64,000 nucleotides of DNA from Patescibacteria group bacterium (GCA_041651095.1 JBAZJV010000004.1:7735-71734); one strand, 5' to 3'; counted from the first letter of the stretch, positions 29,586-39,404 are shown. Numbers and translations are program-made. Notes: generated by a model from the sequence alone, not told the origin.

Positions 29586-29609
29586 TTACCAACTAAACCA
29601 GGAAGAGCC

Positions 29610-30137
29610 ATGAAAACCAGAATCATCACTTTCGTTCTTATCCTTATTACCATTTTATTAACTGCTTCGATTTCCAGCGCCCAAGAAGAATACAGCGGCC
29701 CGCTCGGACACGGCACCGGATATTATACCAAGACTGCCGATTCAACCGCGCACAAATATTATTTCACCTGGAAATCTTACACGAACTCGGATGGCTATAT
29801 CCAGATCGAAATGGATGTGGCTATTAAGCAATCTGATGCGAACGTCATTAAAAAATTCCGCGATCAGATGAATCGTGACGGAGTCTGGGATGCAACGGTC
29901 ACGCCCACCAATTCCACCACCTGGATCGGTACGTCTAATGACATTTTCTGTCTTGATCGCCTCAGCAAAAAATATTTTCACCTGGGTAAAGAACAGAAAG
30001 TAGCGGGCGGCGGCACCACAGCACCATTAATCTTCCACTACCGGACTTTAAAAAGGGATTATCTCGAAAGAATCAGCCGGGCTCTTAATAACCGACTAAT
30101 CTTCTACGTTGCGGAATTGGGAGAAACAAAAGGATAA
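29610..30137 (+). CDS. secreted hypothetical protein
   Basis: signal peptide ending SSA-Q; AGGA SD; terminator 30156-30192. Confidence 0.7.
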   Translation: MKTRIITFVLILITILLTASISSAQEEYSGPLGHGTGYYTKTADSTAHKYYFTWKSYTNSDGYIQIEMDVAIKQSDANVIKKFRDQMNRDGVWDATVTPTNSTTWIGTSNDIFCLDRLSKKYFHLGKEQKVAGGGTTAPLIFHYRTLKRDYLERISRALNNRLIFYVAELGETKG

Positions 30138-30155
30138 GCTTTCCGAGAATTTATC

Positions 30156-30241
30156 AAAAACCGTCGAATGCATTAAGCAAACGACGGTTTTTAAATTTAA
30201 TGCTATTTTTACAAAAACGGCCAGATCGCTCTGGCCGTTTT
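30156..30241. terminator. two terminator hairpins between convergent genes
   Basis: AAAAACCGTCG/CGACGGTTTTT and AAAACGGCCAGA/TCTGGCCGTTTT. Confidence 0.7.
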
Positions 30242-30260
30242 ACATTTTTAACAGTTACTT

Positions 30261-33200
30261 TTACTTTTTTAAATGCTTGCCGGCCGCCCTGATAATCAAA
30301 TCCGGACTCAGATTAGAAGAGCCAATCAATTCCCCGTTATCGTCAACGTAATATCCACTATTCGGCGTCCAGGCTCGGTCGTAAGTGCCGCGGTTCTTGG
30401 CATATGATTCTCTCGCTTTTTTGTGGATAATCCGTTCCGTCTTGGCATTAGACCAGCGGACTGGATCGCCCAAGATGAGCATGACATCAGGAGTGCCTAA
30501 AGCGGCGGCATAGTGTCCCAAGCCAGTATCAGGAGTTAACACAACATCGGCCATAGACATTATCGCGTTGACATTCTCCACCGGCTCCTTGACTAAACTA
30601 ACCCGACCGGTATCCTTAGCCAGTTTTTCCACCAGCGGATTATAGCGTTCTTGGCGCTGCTTATTCGGGTCTTCCATGAACAGTACCTTGGACTTGGGGT
30701 GTTCTTTCAAGATGCCCTTGATCGCTAGCGCCCATTTTGCCGGCTCATATTCCTTAGGCATGACGCCGGAGCCGGCCGAAACAACGATAATATTTTCATC
30801 ATCGGCAACCTTATATTTCTTTTTCAATTCAGCGGAGATCTTATCGTGATCTTTGCCCTTCTCCAGATAGTGGTCCATCTTGTTGATATCCGGGAACAGT
30901 TTCTGGCCGAACATGACTTCGAAATTCCGCATAATCCGGGCTGGGATCGGATCGTATTTTTCCGTCAGGCCGCGGCGCTTAGGTATTTCTTCCTTGACCC
31001 AGCTTGACCAGTCAACCGACATCACGTGTGAAGGATCATCCGAATCGTTATCGTCCAGATTGAGCAGCCCATACTGCTCGAACTCTTTATGGGCATTAAT
31101 GATGAATTTTTCTTTATGGTCATTGGCGAAAGCGGCGCGCAGGGGCCGGAAATTCTCCGCCTCATTCTCATTGCGCCGACCTAATTCTATCAGTTCGACT
31201 TTGCCTGGGAACTGGTCGACTAGGCATTGGAACAGTTTCATTCCAGTCTTCGATACCGCCAATTTGATCGGCTTGTCGAATTTATTTTCCTCCAAGTAAC
31301 GCTCAACCGCTAAAACGATCGGGGTAGTCACGACTTCGTCGCCGATCGGGTCGTCCAAGAGTATCACTATTTCTTCCGCCCGTTCAATACCTTTAACAAG
31401 CGGTGACTCTTTATAGAACTCCGGCGGGAACGGCTTGTCGCCGACCTTCGCTTCGCTGAGGAAAATATTATCAATCTGGTTTTGCAGCCGGCCGATCTGC
31501 AAGCCGACATAATCTTCAGCGCTCAAAGGAGCGCCACTATTGCGCTGCTCATTGTAATGTCGGCAATCACCGGCTATTTTAGTTTTGTCTGCTTCGCTCA
31601 ATTCGTCATAATTTACGTAGAATCTTAGCTGATCAAGCACGAAACCATATTTCTTATATTTCGGATCCTGCTTCAGAGTCTCTACCAATTTAAGGAATTT
31701 ATCTCCCTGGTCGCGGTAATCCTGCAATTCCCGATTATCGCTCTTTAATTTGACGCTCGTATCGTAATTACTGTTATCCAGAGTAATAAACAATGGCTTA
31801 CGCTTCTTGCCGGCATCCTGTTCAGGGGCGGCCTGAGTATCGGTGCTGAGAATTTTTTTCAAAGCCACCAAATCGACATTGCTCGGATTGCCGCGATACA
31901 GCTTCAGCTCCTGGCGGTCTTTCTTCAGGCTGCCGCTATAGCCGTAATAATCGCCATAATAGCCGGACGGAAATTCTATCGGCTCGGCCGCTTTCTGCTT
32001 CTCTAACGGCGTCCGCCAGCCGACCGGAATAAACGGCGGCCAGTCGGTATCGCGACCCACGTCCAGCAAAGTCGCCGTGCCTAAGTCGGGCGGCGTATTG
32101 ACGACCTCGCTGGCATCGACGCCTTTCAGGCCTTCGCCCACCGCGGTGGCAAAGACATGGACATTCTCCGCGCCGTCCTTGCCCAGACCGGCGGAGACGG
32201 CCACTTCGGCAAATTTGGCTTTGAGCACGGCATGGCCGTCCTTCTCGCCGAATAATAATTTGCCCAGCTCGCTGCCTCGTTCCACGCTGATCTTGCCGGT
32301 CGTCGGATCGACCGGAATCTCAATTACCTGATGCTGCGTGCCGCTCGATAGCGAGAATAAAAACTTCATCTTCCCTTCCTTGATCAGCTCCGCGGCGTTC
32401 TCGCTCAGCTTGACGCCGTTAACGGTTTCAAACGAACCGTCCGGCGTCATCCGGATGGCCGCCATTTCATAGCTATTAGTCTGCAAATTGATGCCGCTCC
32501 CCTTATCGCCGGCCCAGGTTTCGCGCAGTTCGTTCAAATCCGCGCCGTGCCATTTGCCGTCCGCCCCCTGATACATCGGGGTATCGTTGGCATACCACAG
32601 GCCGCGACGCACTTCCTTGAACATTTCCGGATGCTTATTGACATAGTCTTCCGGCCCGATATGCGTTTCCGTAGTGACGCTATGGCCGGATTCGATCAGA
32701 TACTGGCTATCGCTGACGCCGATATGCTCATTAGCTAAAATCTGCTTAGCTTCCTCGGTCAAGGAACCGTCCGGATTGACCTGCAAATGCTCGGCTAAAA
32801 TTTCCGAACCGCGCACCAGATTGAATGAGCCGTCTGGATTAGGCAGCCAGCTGCAATTGGCCGGCATTTTGATCAAACCGTGCTCTACTGCTATTTCCTG
32901 CAGCTTGCCCGGATTGCTATGGCCGGTCAAAAAATTCTTTAAACTCTCTAAAGCCGTATCGCGGTCGCCGATCGCCCGGTTATTGCCCTTAATCAAGTTT
33001 TCTGCCAAACCTTCCTGCTTGTCACTGAGCAAAGCAAAACCTTCCTGCGCTACTAAACCGATAGTGAGGCCGGCGACGGTGCTCTGAGCCACCTTCTTAA
33101 AAACTTCCTTATTCCTATGCTTATTAAAAGCCTTGTCTTTAACGGCTAAACCGGTATCGGCATCGCCGATCAGATCATTGCGATATAAAGCTGTCAGATC

Positions 33201-34859
33201 TGCCAAGCGCTGCTCCCAGCCTTGATTAAGCCCGGCCGGCAGCTTGCTCAACTGCTGTTTGGCCTGCCACTTGGCCTGCAGCAGGGCCTGCCGTTCGGAT
33301 TCGACATTAGCCAGGCCGGAATAGCTGATCAAATCTATTTTCCTTTCATTGGACAGGGCCAACCGGGCCTCGATTTCCGCCAGATTGTTCAGGGCTTTTT
33401 CCATTTCCTCGGCCGTTTCCGGCGCCTTGGCCAGGCTGGCGGTCAAATCCTCGTGCAAATTAGCGGCGCTCTTTTTCCGGTAGATAAAGCTGGCTTGAGA
33501 ATCTAATTTTTCTTTTTCCTGCTGCAAACTCTTGAGATTCTTGTCTATCTTCTTAAGTTCTTTCTTATCGGTCGTCGTCTGCTTGGCATTTTCCAAGGCG
33601 CCGATCTCGTCAGCCAGGCGGTTCCTGTCCGCCTGGATATTTAAATCCTGGACGGCGGAACGCGCTTCCAGAGTCTGGCGCTCCCGCTTCTGCATCTGGC
33701 TTTCCTTGATGCCGGTATAGAGTCCGGAAACGCCGGCCGCGAGGCCCAAAGTGCCGATGGCGGCGGCTTTGGAGCGCAAGATACGTTGGGATACGAAAGC
33801 GCCGGCCGAATAGGCCAGTCCGACGCTGACAGCCAGCGTGGTCTCATTGACCAGGCTGCCTAATTTGGTCCGGCGCAGTTTCTCGACGGTTTTCTCCGCG
33901 ATATTATAATGGGTTTCCGTCTTGACGCCTTCCTTGGCGCGGCCTAAGACCAGTTCGACGTCGAAATCGAAAGCGGCCAGCTTGGCCTGATGGTCGGCCG
34001 CCTGCTTGATATTATCCTTGATCTCCTTGACCTGTTCGGCAATGGCTAGAAAATTATCGACGTACATCTCGCTCTGCTTGATCGTCGTCTGGTCGCCGCT
34101 TTTTTCAATGGCGGCGAAAATCTGCCGCTTCTCGCCCTCGAAAGCGGCTTGGTCCAATTTGCCGTCGGCGTAATCATTGATGATGCGCTTCAAGTCGGTT
34201 TTTATCTTTTGCGTTTCCGGATTATCAGCCAAGCTTTCTTTCTTCTCGCCCAGATTTTCTTCGACTAATTCCTTGATATCGGAAGTAAAGCGGGACAAGA
34301 TCGCCGTTTCGAAATTCTGCTGCATCGCCGCCTTATCGGCTGCGCTTGATTTCTCTCCGGCGTAGAGATTGCCGGTTTTTAAAATTTCCTGCTTGCTCTT
34401 GACCCGGGCTTGCTCATGCAGATACTGCTCGGCATAATTATATTTCCAAATCCGCTTGATCGCTCCCTTGAAGCCTTTGAGTTCCGCTTTCTCCGCGGTC
34501 ATAGTCTCGGAAGCGGCGCGATGGGCCCGGCTGCGCAGGATCTCAGAGGTATCGACCACGCCGGCCTTAAATACCAGCTTCTTGGTCTGATCCAACTGGT
34601 TCAGGGAATCTTGCTTGGCCGTGTCCAAGCCAACGGCAGCATCACCAATCGCTGCCTCGGCGTCCGGTTGCTGCTTAGCCGGCAAATCCTTGGCTTCCAC
34701 AGCGGGCGGCGTCAATTCCCGGCCTTTGATTGCGGCCGCCGTAGCGTTCAGCTGCTGTTCCACGGCCGCCGACTCGGTTTCGGAAACTGCCTGGTCCGGC
34801 CGTGATTTCTGTTCTTTAAGATTGAAAAATTTTTTTAAACCAGAATAAAATTTATCCAT
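30261..34859 (-). CDS. 1532-aa multidomain protein with C-terminal glycosyltransferase family 9 domain
   Basis: DDPIGDEVVTTP and TPDTGLGHYAAALGTP GT9 motifs; N-terminal coiled coils and Gly/Ala hydrophobic segments. Confidence 0.8.
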   Translation of the reverse strand: MDKFYSGLKKFFNLKEQKSRPDQAVSETESAAVEQQLNATAAAIKGRELTPPAVEAKDLPAKQQPDAEAAIGDAAVGLDTAKQDSLNQLDQTKKLVFKAGVVDTSEILRSRAHRAASETMTAEKAELKGFKGAIKRIWKYNYAEQYLHEQARVKSKQEILKTGNLYAGEKSSAADKAAMQQNFETAILSRFTSDIKELVEENLGEKKESLADNPETQKIKTDLKRIINDYADGKLDQAAFEGEKRQIFAAIEKSGDQTTIKQSEMYVDNFLAIAEQVKEIKDNIKQAADHQAKLAAFDFDVELVLGRAKEGVKTETHYNIAEKTVEKLRRTKLGSLVNETTLAVSVGLAYSAGAFVSQRILRSKAAAIGTLGLAAGVSGLYTGIKESQMQKRERQTLEARSAVQDLNIQADRNRLADEIGALENAKQTTTDKKELKKIDKNLKSLQQEKEKLDSQASFIYRKKSAANLHEDLTASLAKAPETAEEMEKALNNLAEIEARLALSNERKIDLISYSGLANVESERQALLQAKWQAKQQLSKLPAGLNQGWEQRLADLTALYRNDLIGDADTGLAVKDKAFNKHRNKEVFKKVAQSTVAGLTIGLVAQEGFALLSDKQEGLAENLIKGNNRAIGDRDTALESLKNFLTGHSNPGKLQEIAVEHGLIKMPANCSWLPNPDGSFNLVRGSEILAEHLQVNPDGSLTEEAKQILANEHIGVSDSQYLIESGHSVTTETHIGPEDYVNKHPEMFKEVRRGLWYANDTPMYQGADGKWHGADLNELRETWAGDKGSGINLQTNSYEMAAIRMTPDGSFETVNGVKLSENAAELIKEGKMKFLFSLSSGTQHQVIEIPVDPTTGKISVERGSELGKLLFGEKDGHAVLKAKFAEVAVSAGLGKDGAENVHVFATAVGEGLKGVDASEVVNTPPDLGTATLLDVGRDTDWPPFIPVGWRTPLEKQKAAEPIEFPSGYYGDYYGYSGSLKKDRQELKLYRGNPSNVDLVALKKILSTDTQAAPEQDAGKKRKPLFITLDNSNYDTSVKLKSDNRELQDYRDQGDKFLKLVETLKQDPKYKKYGFVLDQLRFYVNYDELSEADKTKIAGDCRHYNEQRNSGAPLSAEDYVGLQIGRLQNQIDNIFLSEAKVGDKPFPPEFYKESPLVKGIERAEEIVILLDDPIGDEVVTTPIVLAVERYLEENKFDKPIKLAVSKTGMKLFQCLVDQFPGKVELIELGRRNENEAENFRPLRAAFANDHKEKFIINAHKEFEQYGLLNLDDNDSDDPSHVMSVDWSSWVKEEIPKRRGLTEKYDPIPARIMRNFEVMFGQKLFPDINKMDHYLEKGKDHDKISAELKKKYKVADDENIIVVSAGSGVMPKEYEPAKWALAIKGILKEHPKSKVLFMEDPNKQRQERYNPLVEKLAKDTGRVSLVKEPVENVNAIMSMADVVLTPDTGLGHYAAALGTPDVMLILGDPVRWSNAKTERIIHKKARESYAKNRGTYDRAWTPNSGYYVDDNGELIGSSNLSPDLIIRAAGKHLKK

Positions 34860-34892
34860 ATATTTATAAAATCCGGCCTTAAATAAGCCGGA

Positions 34893-35069
34893 TTATTCCT
34901 TACTGCTTCCTAAATCGCTTCTTAACTGCGCCAGCCGGTCCTGGTCGGCTGCTTGCAACAGCGCCGCCAACTTGGCGTCGCGCTTGGCTTCGATAACCGC
35001 CACGCGCCGCGAAAAATCCTGATAGATATCATTGATCAATCTGATTTTGTCCTGATCCGATAAAGGCAT
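34893..35069 (-). CDS. 58-aa helical protein (not in ORF track)
   Basis: MPLSDQDKIRLINDIYQDFSRRVAVIEAKRDAKLAALLQAADQDRLAQLRSDLGSSKE; fills the gap between neighbours with host-like codons. Confidence 0.75.
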   Translation of the reverse strand: MPLSDQDKIRLINDIYQDFSRRVAVIEAKRDAKLAALLQAADQDRLAQLRSDLGSSKE

Positions 35070-35086
35070 AATTAATCAAGATTTTT

Positions 35087-35395
35087 TTAACCTAAATAAG
35101 AAGCTCGAAACTCCATCAGCGCCTGGGCGACCAACTGCTCCAGGTCCGGAATGCTGGCCTTGATGAAAGACTGCAGCGCCTCGGCGTCAGGCTGTTCCAT
35201 CAGCCGGTTGAACTCTTCCAATTTATCCGCCGGGATATTGTCGAAGATAGCCGCCTTGATCTTGTCTTCGGCCCGAGCGGCCAGGTCGGCTTTGGCCTGT
35301 TGGAGCGTTTCCGGCTCCAGATTAGCCAGCTTCTTCTCGGCCAATAGGCGATCGACGAACTGCTCGACGGCCGGAGAGAAATTTTGATTGCTCAT
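35087..35395 (-). CDS. small all-helical protein (DUF5663-like)
   Basis: acidic helical ORF ending IPDLEQLV...EFRASYLG; extended -10 TGTTATAAT upstream. Confidence 0.7.
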   Translation of the reverse strand: MSNQNFSPAVEQFVDRLLAEKKLANLEPETLQQAKADLAARAEDKIKAAIFDNIPADKLEEFNRLMEQPDAEALQSFIKASIPDLEQLVAQALMEFRASYLG

Positions 35396-35477
35396 ATTAG
35401 TCAAATTAATTTTGCCCTTACGGGCGATAAATTTTGCTTATGATAGCTATATTGATTATAACATGTAGCGGTGAAAA

Positions 35478-36221
35478 TCAGAAATTATAATCCAGGAAAC
35501 GGCGGGCTAAATCGATTATCTCTTTATTCGTCTTTTTATCTATCCTGACCTTGGTTATTTCGGCCAAACTATACCCCAATATAAATCTGATCATTTTAAC
35601 ACAATTATCGGAAACTGTCAATAAATAATTACTATTAAAATCCGGCCGTTTCTGATCGGCCAGAAAGCAATCCGGACAGATTAAACCGCCTTTGAGCAAA
35701 TGAAAATAATTAAGGCCCGGCTCAATGGGCTTATGGCAATCCAGACAGCGATATATTTCCGGCTGATAGCCTAATTCCACTAATAGGCGCCAGATGAAAA
35801 AAGATAAGAACAGGTCCCCCTGCTCCGCTCGGAAGCCGGCCAGGCATTCCAAGGCGTTGAGCCAATCCGCCAATAAAAAGAACAGGCATTCTTCCGCCTG
35901 GTTCTCGCCGACCCGTTGGTTCAGGATCCGCAAGGCTTGCCCGGCATAATATAATTTATTCAGATCATTCCTGATACCTTGATAAAATTTCCGGCCGCTG
36001 GCGCCGGCTAAGTAATCAAAGCCTTTGCCGGCCACGATCATGATATCGGACAAGGTGAGCGGCTCCAGGTGTCCCGCCAGCTTGGAGCCCGGCTTCTGCG
36101 TGCCGCGGGCGACCAGGCTGAGCTTGCCGGCTGATGGGCTATAAACCGTTACTAAGGAGTCGGCCTCGCGGTAAGGCTGGCGATTCAGGATAAGGGCGGC
36201 GGTAGTCCTGGTATTTTCCAT
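35478..36221 (-). CDS. recO: DNA repair protein RecO
   Basis: YREADSLVT...GKLSLVARG; CxxC...CxxC. Confidence 0.93.
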   Translation of the reverse strand: MENTRTTAALILNRQPYREADSLVTVYSPSAGKLSLVARGTQKPGSKLAGHLEPLTLSDIMIVAGKGFDYLAGASGRKFYQGIRNDLNKLYYAGQALRILNQRVGENQAEECLFFLLADWLNALECLAGFRAEQGDLFLSFFIWRLLVELGYQPEIYRCLDCHKPIEPGLNYFHLLKGGLICPDCFLADQKRPDFNSNYLLTVSDNCVKMIRFILGYSLAEITKVRIDKKTNKEIIDLARRFLDYNF

Positions 36222-36235
36222 ATGATCTCCGGGAA

Positions 36236-36619
36236 TTAATGCTCGTCCAGATAGTCTTGCAGGATAAGCGTCGCGGCGATCTCGTCGCGCTGGGCTTTCT
36301 CGGCCTCGCTGCCCTCCAGGGAATCGGCCGCCTGACTGGTCAGCCTCTCATCAGCCAGCTCCACCGGCCGGCCGCCACGCTCCCGCAGCTGGACCAGAAA
36401 ATCCTGCCATAACGGATTATCGGCGGCGGCGCCGTTCATTTTTTTCGGCGCGCCGAGCACGATGACGTCTATTTCCTCTTCTTTCACGGCACTCAGCACT
36501 GCCGCCAGGGTGCTCACGGTCCTGAGCGGCAAAGCCAGGCTGACTTCGCTGTCCGCCGTAGCCAGGCCGATGCGTTTTTCGCCCCAGTCAATGCCGAGGT
36601 ATTTTGTCACTTTCTCCAT
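36236..36619 (-). CDS. ruvX: RuvX/YqgF nuclease
   Basis: LGIDWGEKRIGLA, DERLTS, AATLILQDYL. Confidence 0.93.
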   Translation of the reverse strand: MEKVTKYLGIDWGEKRIGLATADSEVSLALPLRTVSTLAAVLSAVKEEEIDVIVLGAPKKMNGAAADNPLWQDFLVQLRERGGRPVELADERLTSQAADSLEGSEAEKAQRDEIAATLILQDYLDEH

Positions 36620-36624
36620 ATGGC

Positions 36625-37455
36625 TTATTTGGTCAGGATCTCATTGCCCGACGCCGTGATCGCGACCGTATGTTCGAAATGCGCGCTCAAGGAACCGTCG
36701 GCGGTCAGGACGGTATAATCGTTATCGGCCATCTTGACCGCCCAGCCGCCGGCGTTGATCATGGGCTCGATGGCAATGACCAGCCCCGGTTCCAGGACGA
36801 TATTTTCCGGCGATTTCTCGCTGATCTCAAAATTAAAGACGTCCGGCTGTTCATGGATGAAATAGCCCACGCCGTGGCCGACCAGGTCACGGACTACGCC
36901 GTAGCCGTGGCGTTCGGCGTGCCCCTGAATCGCTCGGGCGATATCATTCAAGGTATTGCCCGGCTGCGCCGCCTTAACGCCTAAAGCCAGACATTCCTGC
37001 GTTACTTTAAGCAGTTTCCGGGCCGACGCGCTGATGCTGCCGGCGCCGATAGTCAGGCAGGTGTCGGTAAAGAAGCCGCCGTGCTTGGAAAAAGGATTGA
37101 GCGGCGCTTTGAATTCCCGGCGCGCTTCCGGCGTAACCGGCCATTCCATGCCGATATCCAGGTCCACGATGTCTCCAGCGGCGATGGCGCGCGGCGGCAA
37201 GGCCGCGCCGTGGACGACCTCGTCGTTTAGGGAAACGCAAAGCGTCGAGGGAAAGAAGATATCGCCGCCCATGGGATAGTCCTTGAAAGCGGAACGGCCG
37301 CCCGCCTCGATGATCAGATGGTTGGCCAGATCTTCCAGGTAATCGGTGCGCACGCCGGGCTTGACCTCGGACGCTAGGCGCGCCAAAACCAAGGCCAGGC
37401 GACGGCCGCCTTCCCGAATAACGCGTATCTCGTCCGGCGTTTTCAAGCGGATCAT
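36625..37455 (-). CDS. map: methionine aminopeptidase type I
   Basis: SLNDEVVHG, GHGVG, AIEPM, SAHFEHT. Confidence 0.97.
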   Translation of the reverse strand: MIRLKTPDEIRVIREGGRRLALVLARLASEVKPGVRTDYLEDLANHLIIEAGGRSAFKDYPMGGDIFFPSTLCVSLNDEVVHGAALPPRAIAAGDIVDLDIGMEWPVTPEARREFKAPLNPFSKHGGFFTDTCLTIGAGSISASARKLLKVTQECLALGVKAAQPGNTLNDIARAIQGHAERHGYGVVRDLVGHGVGYFIHEQPDVFNFEISEKSPENIVLEPGLVIAIEPMINAGGWAVKMADNDYTVLTADGSLSAHFEHTVAITASGNEILTK

Positions 37456-37461
37456 ACAATT

Positions 37462-38394
37462 TTAAATTTTAATCCCGGCCGCCTTGGCCTCCCGGTTGGT
37501 CTTGATCGACAGGAACAGAAAAATTCCCAAAAGGACGAACATATTGAGCGGCGACAGCCAGAATGGGAATTCCTGGCCGAAGCTTTCTAAAATCATCACA
37601 AAGCCCAGGGAGCCGATGGCATACATGGCGCCGTTCTTCAGGTAAGCGAATTTGGTAATCAGATCGATGCCGCGTATCGTCATCTCCCGCACGACCAGGG
37701 CGCCCAGCCCGTTGCCCAGGATGATCAAGGGGACGCTGATCGTGAAAGCGAAAGCGCCGATCACCCCGTCGATGGAAAAAGAAGCGTCCAAGACTTCCAG
37801 ATAAAGAATCTTGCTCCAAGCGCTCATATTCGGATCCAGGAGCTGCTTTTCCTTCTCTTCGGAGTTCTTCTTGAAACCGTCGGTGATGAAGAAGGCGGAA
37901 ACGCCGATAGTCGCCGCGAGCGCCAGGATCGGGTTCTGTTTCAGGGAAAAATAGACGATGAGCGTCGTCAAGACGGAAGCGAAAGCATAAAACCAGACTC
38001 CTTGGCGGTGGATGAAGCCCTCCACCAGGAAAGCGTATTTTTTCTCTTCCAAAAACAGCCAGGCCAAAAAGACGAAGAACAAATAGACGCCGCCGCCTAA
38101 GAGCAGGAGCGGTTTGGATTGCTCGATATAATGCGTGATTTCCGGGCTGCCGGAAAAAGTGGAGCTAACGACCTGCCAGAGGGATAAGCTGGGATTAGCC
38201 ACCCAGACAATGGCGAAGGGTAAAAGCCCGCGCATCACGAAGACCGCGAACAAAAGACCCCAGAATAAAAAAATCTTCCGGTATTTCTCCGGCATGGTCT
38301 TGAGGATATGGGCGTTCACGACCGCATTATCCACGCTGCTAATAACTTCGAACAGGCACAAGCCGAGGATAACCACGGCGAAATTCCAAAACAT
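37462..38394 (-). CDS. DUF475/TerC-like membrane protein
   Basis: FEVISSVDNAVVNA; YLEVLDASFSIDGVIGAFA. Confidence 0.9.
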   Translation of the reverse strand: MFWNFAVVILGLCLFEVISSVDNAVVNAHILKTMPEKYRKIFLFWGLLFAVFVMRGLLPFAIVWVANPSLSLWQVVSSTFSGSPEITHYIEQSKPLLLLGGGVYLFFVFLAWLFLEEKKYAFLVEGFIHRQGVWFYAFASVLTTLIVYFSLKQNPILALAATIGVSAFFITDGFKKNSEEKEKQLLDPNMSAWSKILYLEVLDASFSIDGVIGAFAFTISVPLIILGNGLGALVVREMTIRGIDLITKFAYLKNGAMYAIGSLGFVMILESFGQEFPFWLSPLNMFVLLGIFLFLSIKTNREAKAAGIKI

Positions 38395-38398
38395 AGTT

Positions 38399-39019
38399 TT
38401 ATTTATTAAGCTTTAACGGACCGAGGCTGGAGCCGCGCCGGCCGCCCGGACCCAGATTGCCGCTGCTCTTCTGCAACCGGGCATAGGCGTCTTCCTGCAA
38501 TTTCCGCGCCGTTTCTCCGCTGCCCAGGCGCTGCATCTTCTGATATTTCATGGCATCGGAAACGGCGGCGCCGCGATTGATCGGCGCGGTTTGCCGGAAA
38601 AAATTCGGATCGGCCTCGTGCGCGAAATTCGGCCGCCGGCCCGTAACCTTAGTTTCATCCAATTCCCTGTTAACCGCCGGCTTGACCGGCTCGGGCGAAG
38701 AAGCATCTTCCTTGCGGCCGCGGGCATAGTGATCCAACAATTCCTTGACTTTGTATTTATCCTGCTTGGTCAGGGATTTATCGCTCTTTATTATTTCCGA
38801 CAGCGCGCTCTTGCGCTGCATCCGGTCCAAGCCGCCCTTCATCCGGATGATGCCGGCCCGCTTGCTGATGGCTTTATTGATCGCCTCGCGGTTGTTCCTG
38901 AGCATGCCGAATTCGCCTCCCTGATAGTGCGTCAACTTATTCAACTTGGCTTTGAAATTGCCGGCGCCGGTGCTGGTTTTAAAATTGATGCCGCCTTTCG
39001 GCAGGATATTCAAGCCCAT
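38399..39019 (-). CDS. basic hypothetical protein
   Basis: ATG 39019 abuts the upstream stop; Lys/Arg-rich. Confidence 0.65.
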   Translation of the reverse strand: MGLNILPKGGINFKTSTGAGNFKAKLNKLTHYQGGEFGMLRNNREAINKAISKRAGIIRMKGGLDRMQRKSALSEIIKSDKSLTKQDKYKVKELLDHYARGRKEDASSPEPVKPAVNRELDETKVTGRRPNFAHEADPNFFRQTAPINRGAAVSDAMKYQKMQRLGSGETARKLQEDAYARLQKSSGNLGPGGRRGSSLGPLKLNK

Positions 39020-39020
39020 A

Positions 39021-39320
39021 TTAATAATCTTTGAAACTGTCCAATAATTTATTGATCTGTTCCAGATCTTCCGGCGACAGGCCGAGCTTGAAGCGATTCT
39101 GATACAGGCGGTATTTGTCTTTCCGAACCGTAGCATCCGAGGTCCTGATGCCGTGCCGCACTTTTTCCTGATACTCCTTGATCATATCCATGATCAAGGT
39201 CCGATTGGCGGCGCTCAGGTTCTTATAGCCGGGATTCAGGCGCATCATTTTCTCCATGCGCTGCGCCAGACGGTAATTGTTCTGGTCCGTGATATCCTTG
39301 GTTAGGTCTTGTAAATCCAT
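39021..39320 (-). CDS. hypothetical protein (99 aa)
   Basis: ORF after the secY terminator with TATAAT just upstream. Confidence 0.7.
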   Translation of the reverse strand: MDLQDLTKDITDQNNYRLAQRMEKMMRLNPGYKNLSAANRTLIMDMIKEYQEKVRHGIRTSDATVRKDKYRLYQNRFKLGLSPEDLEQINKLLDSFKDY

Positions 39321-39404
39321 ATAGTTATTGATGATATTTGCTATTATACTACAAAAAAGCCGGCTGGGAAAGCCGGCTAGCTAAAATCAGCTAAAATATA
39401 AAGA

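Noticed and set aside
29610-30137. Immunity gene for the giant GT9 protein
   Set aside because: Opposite strand, separate promoter and terminator, cassette-type signals; adjacency alone is not enough.
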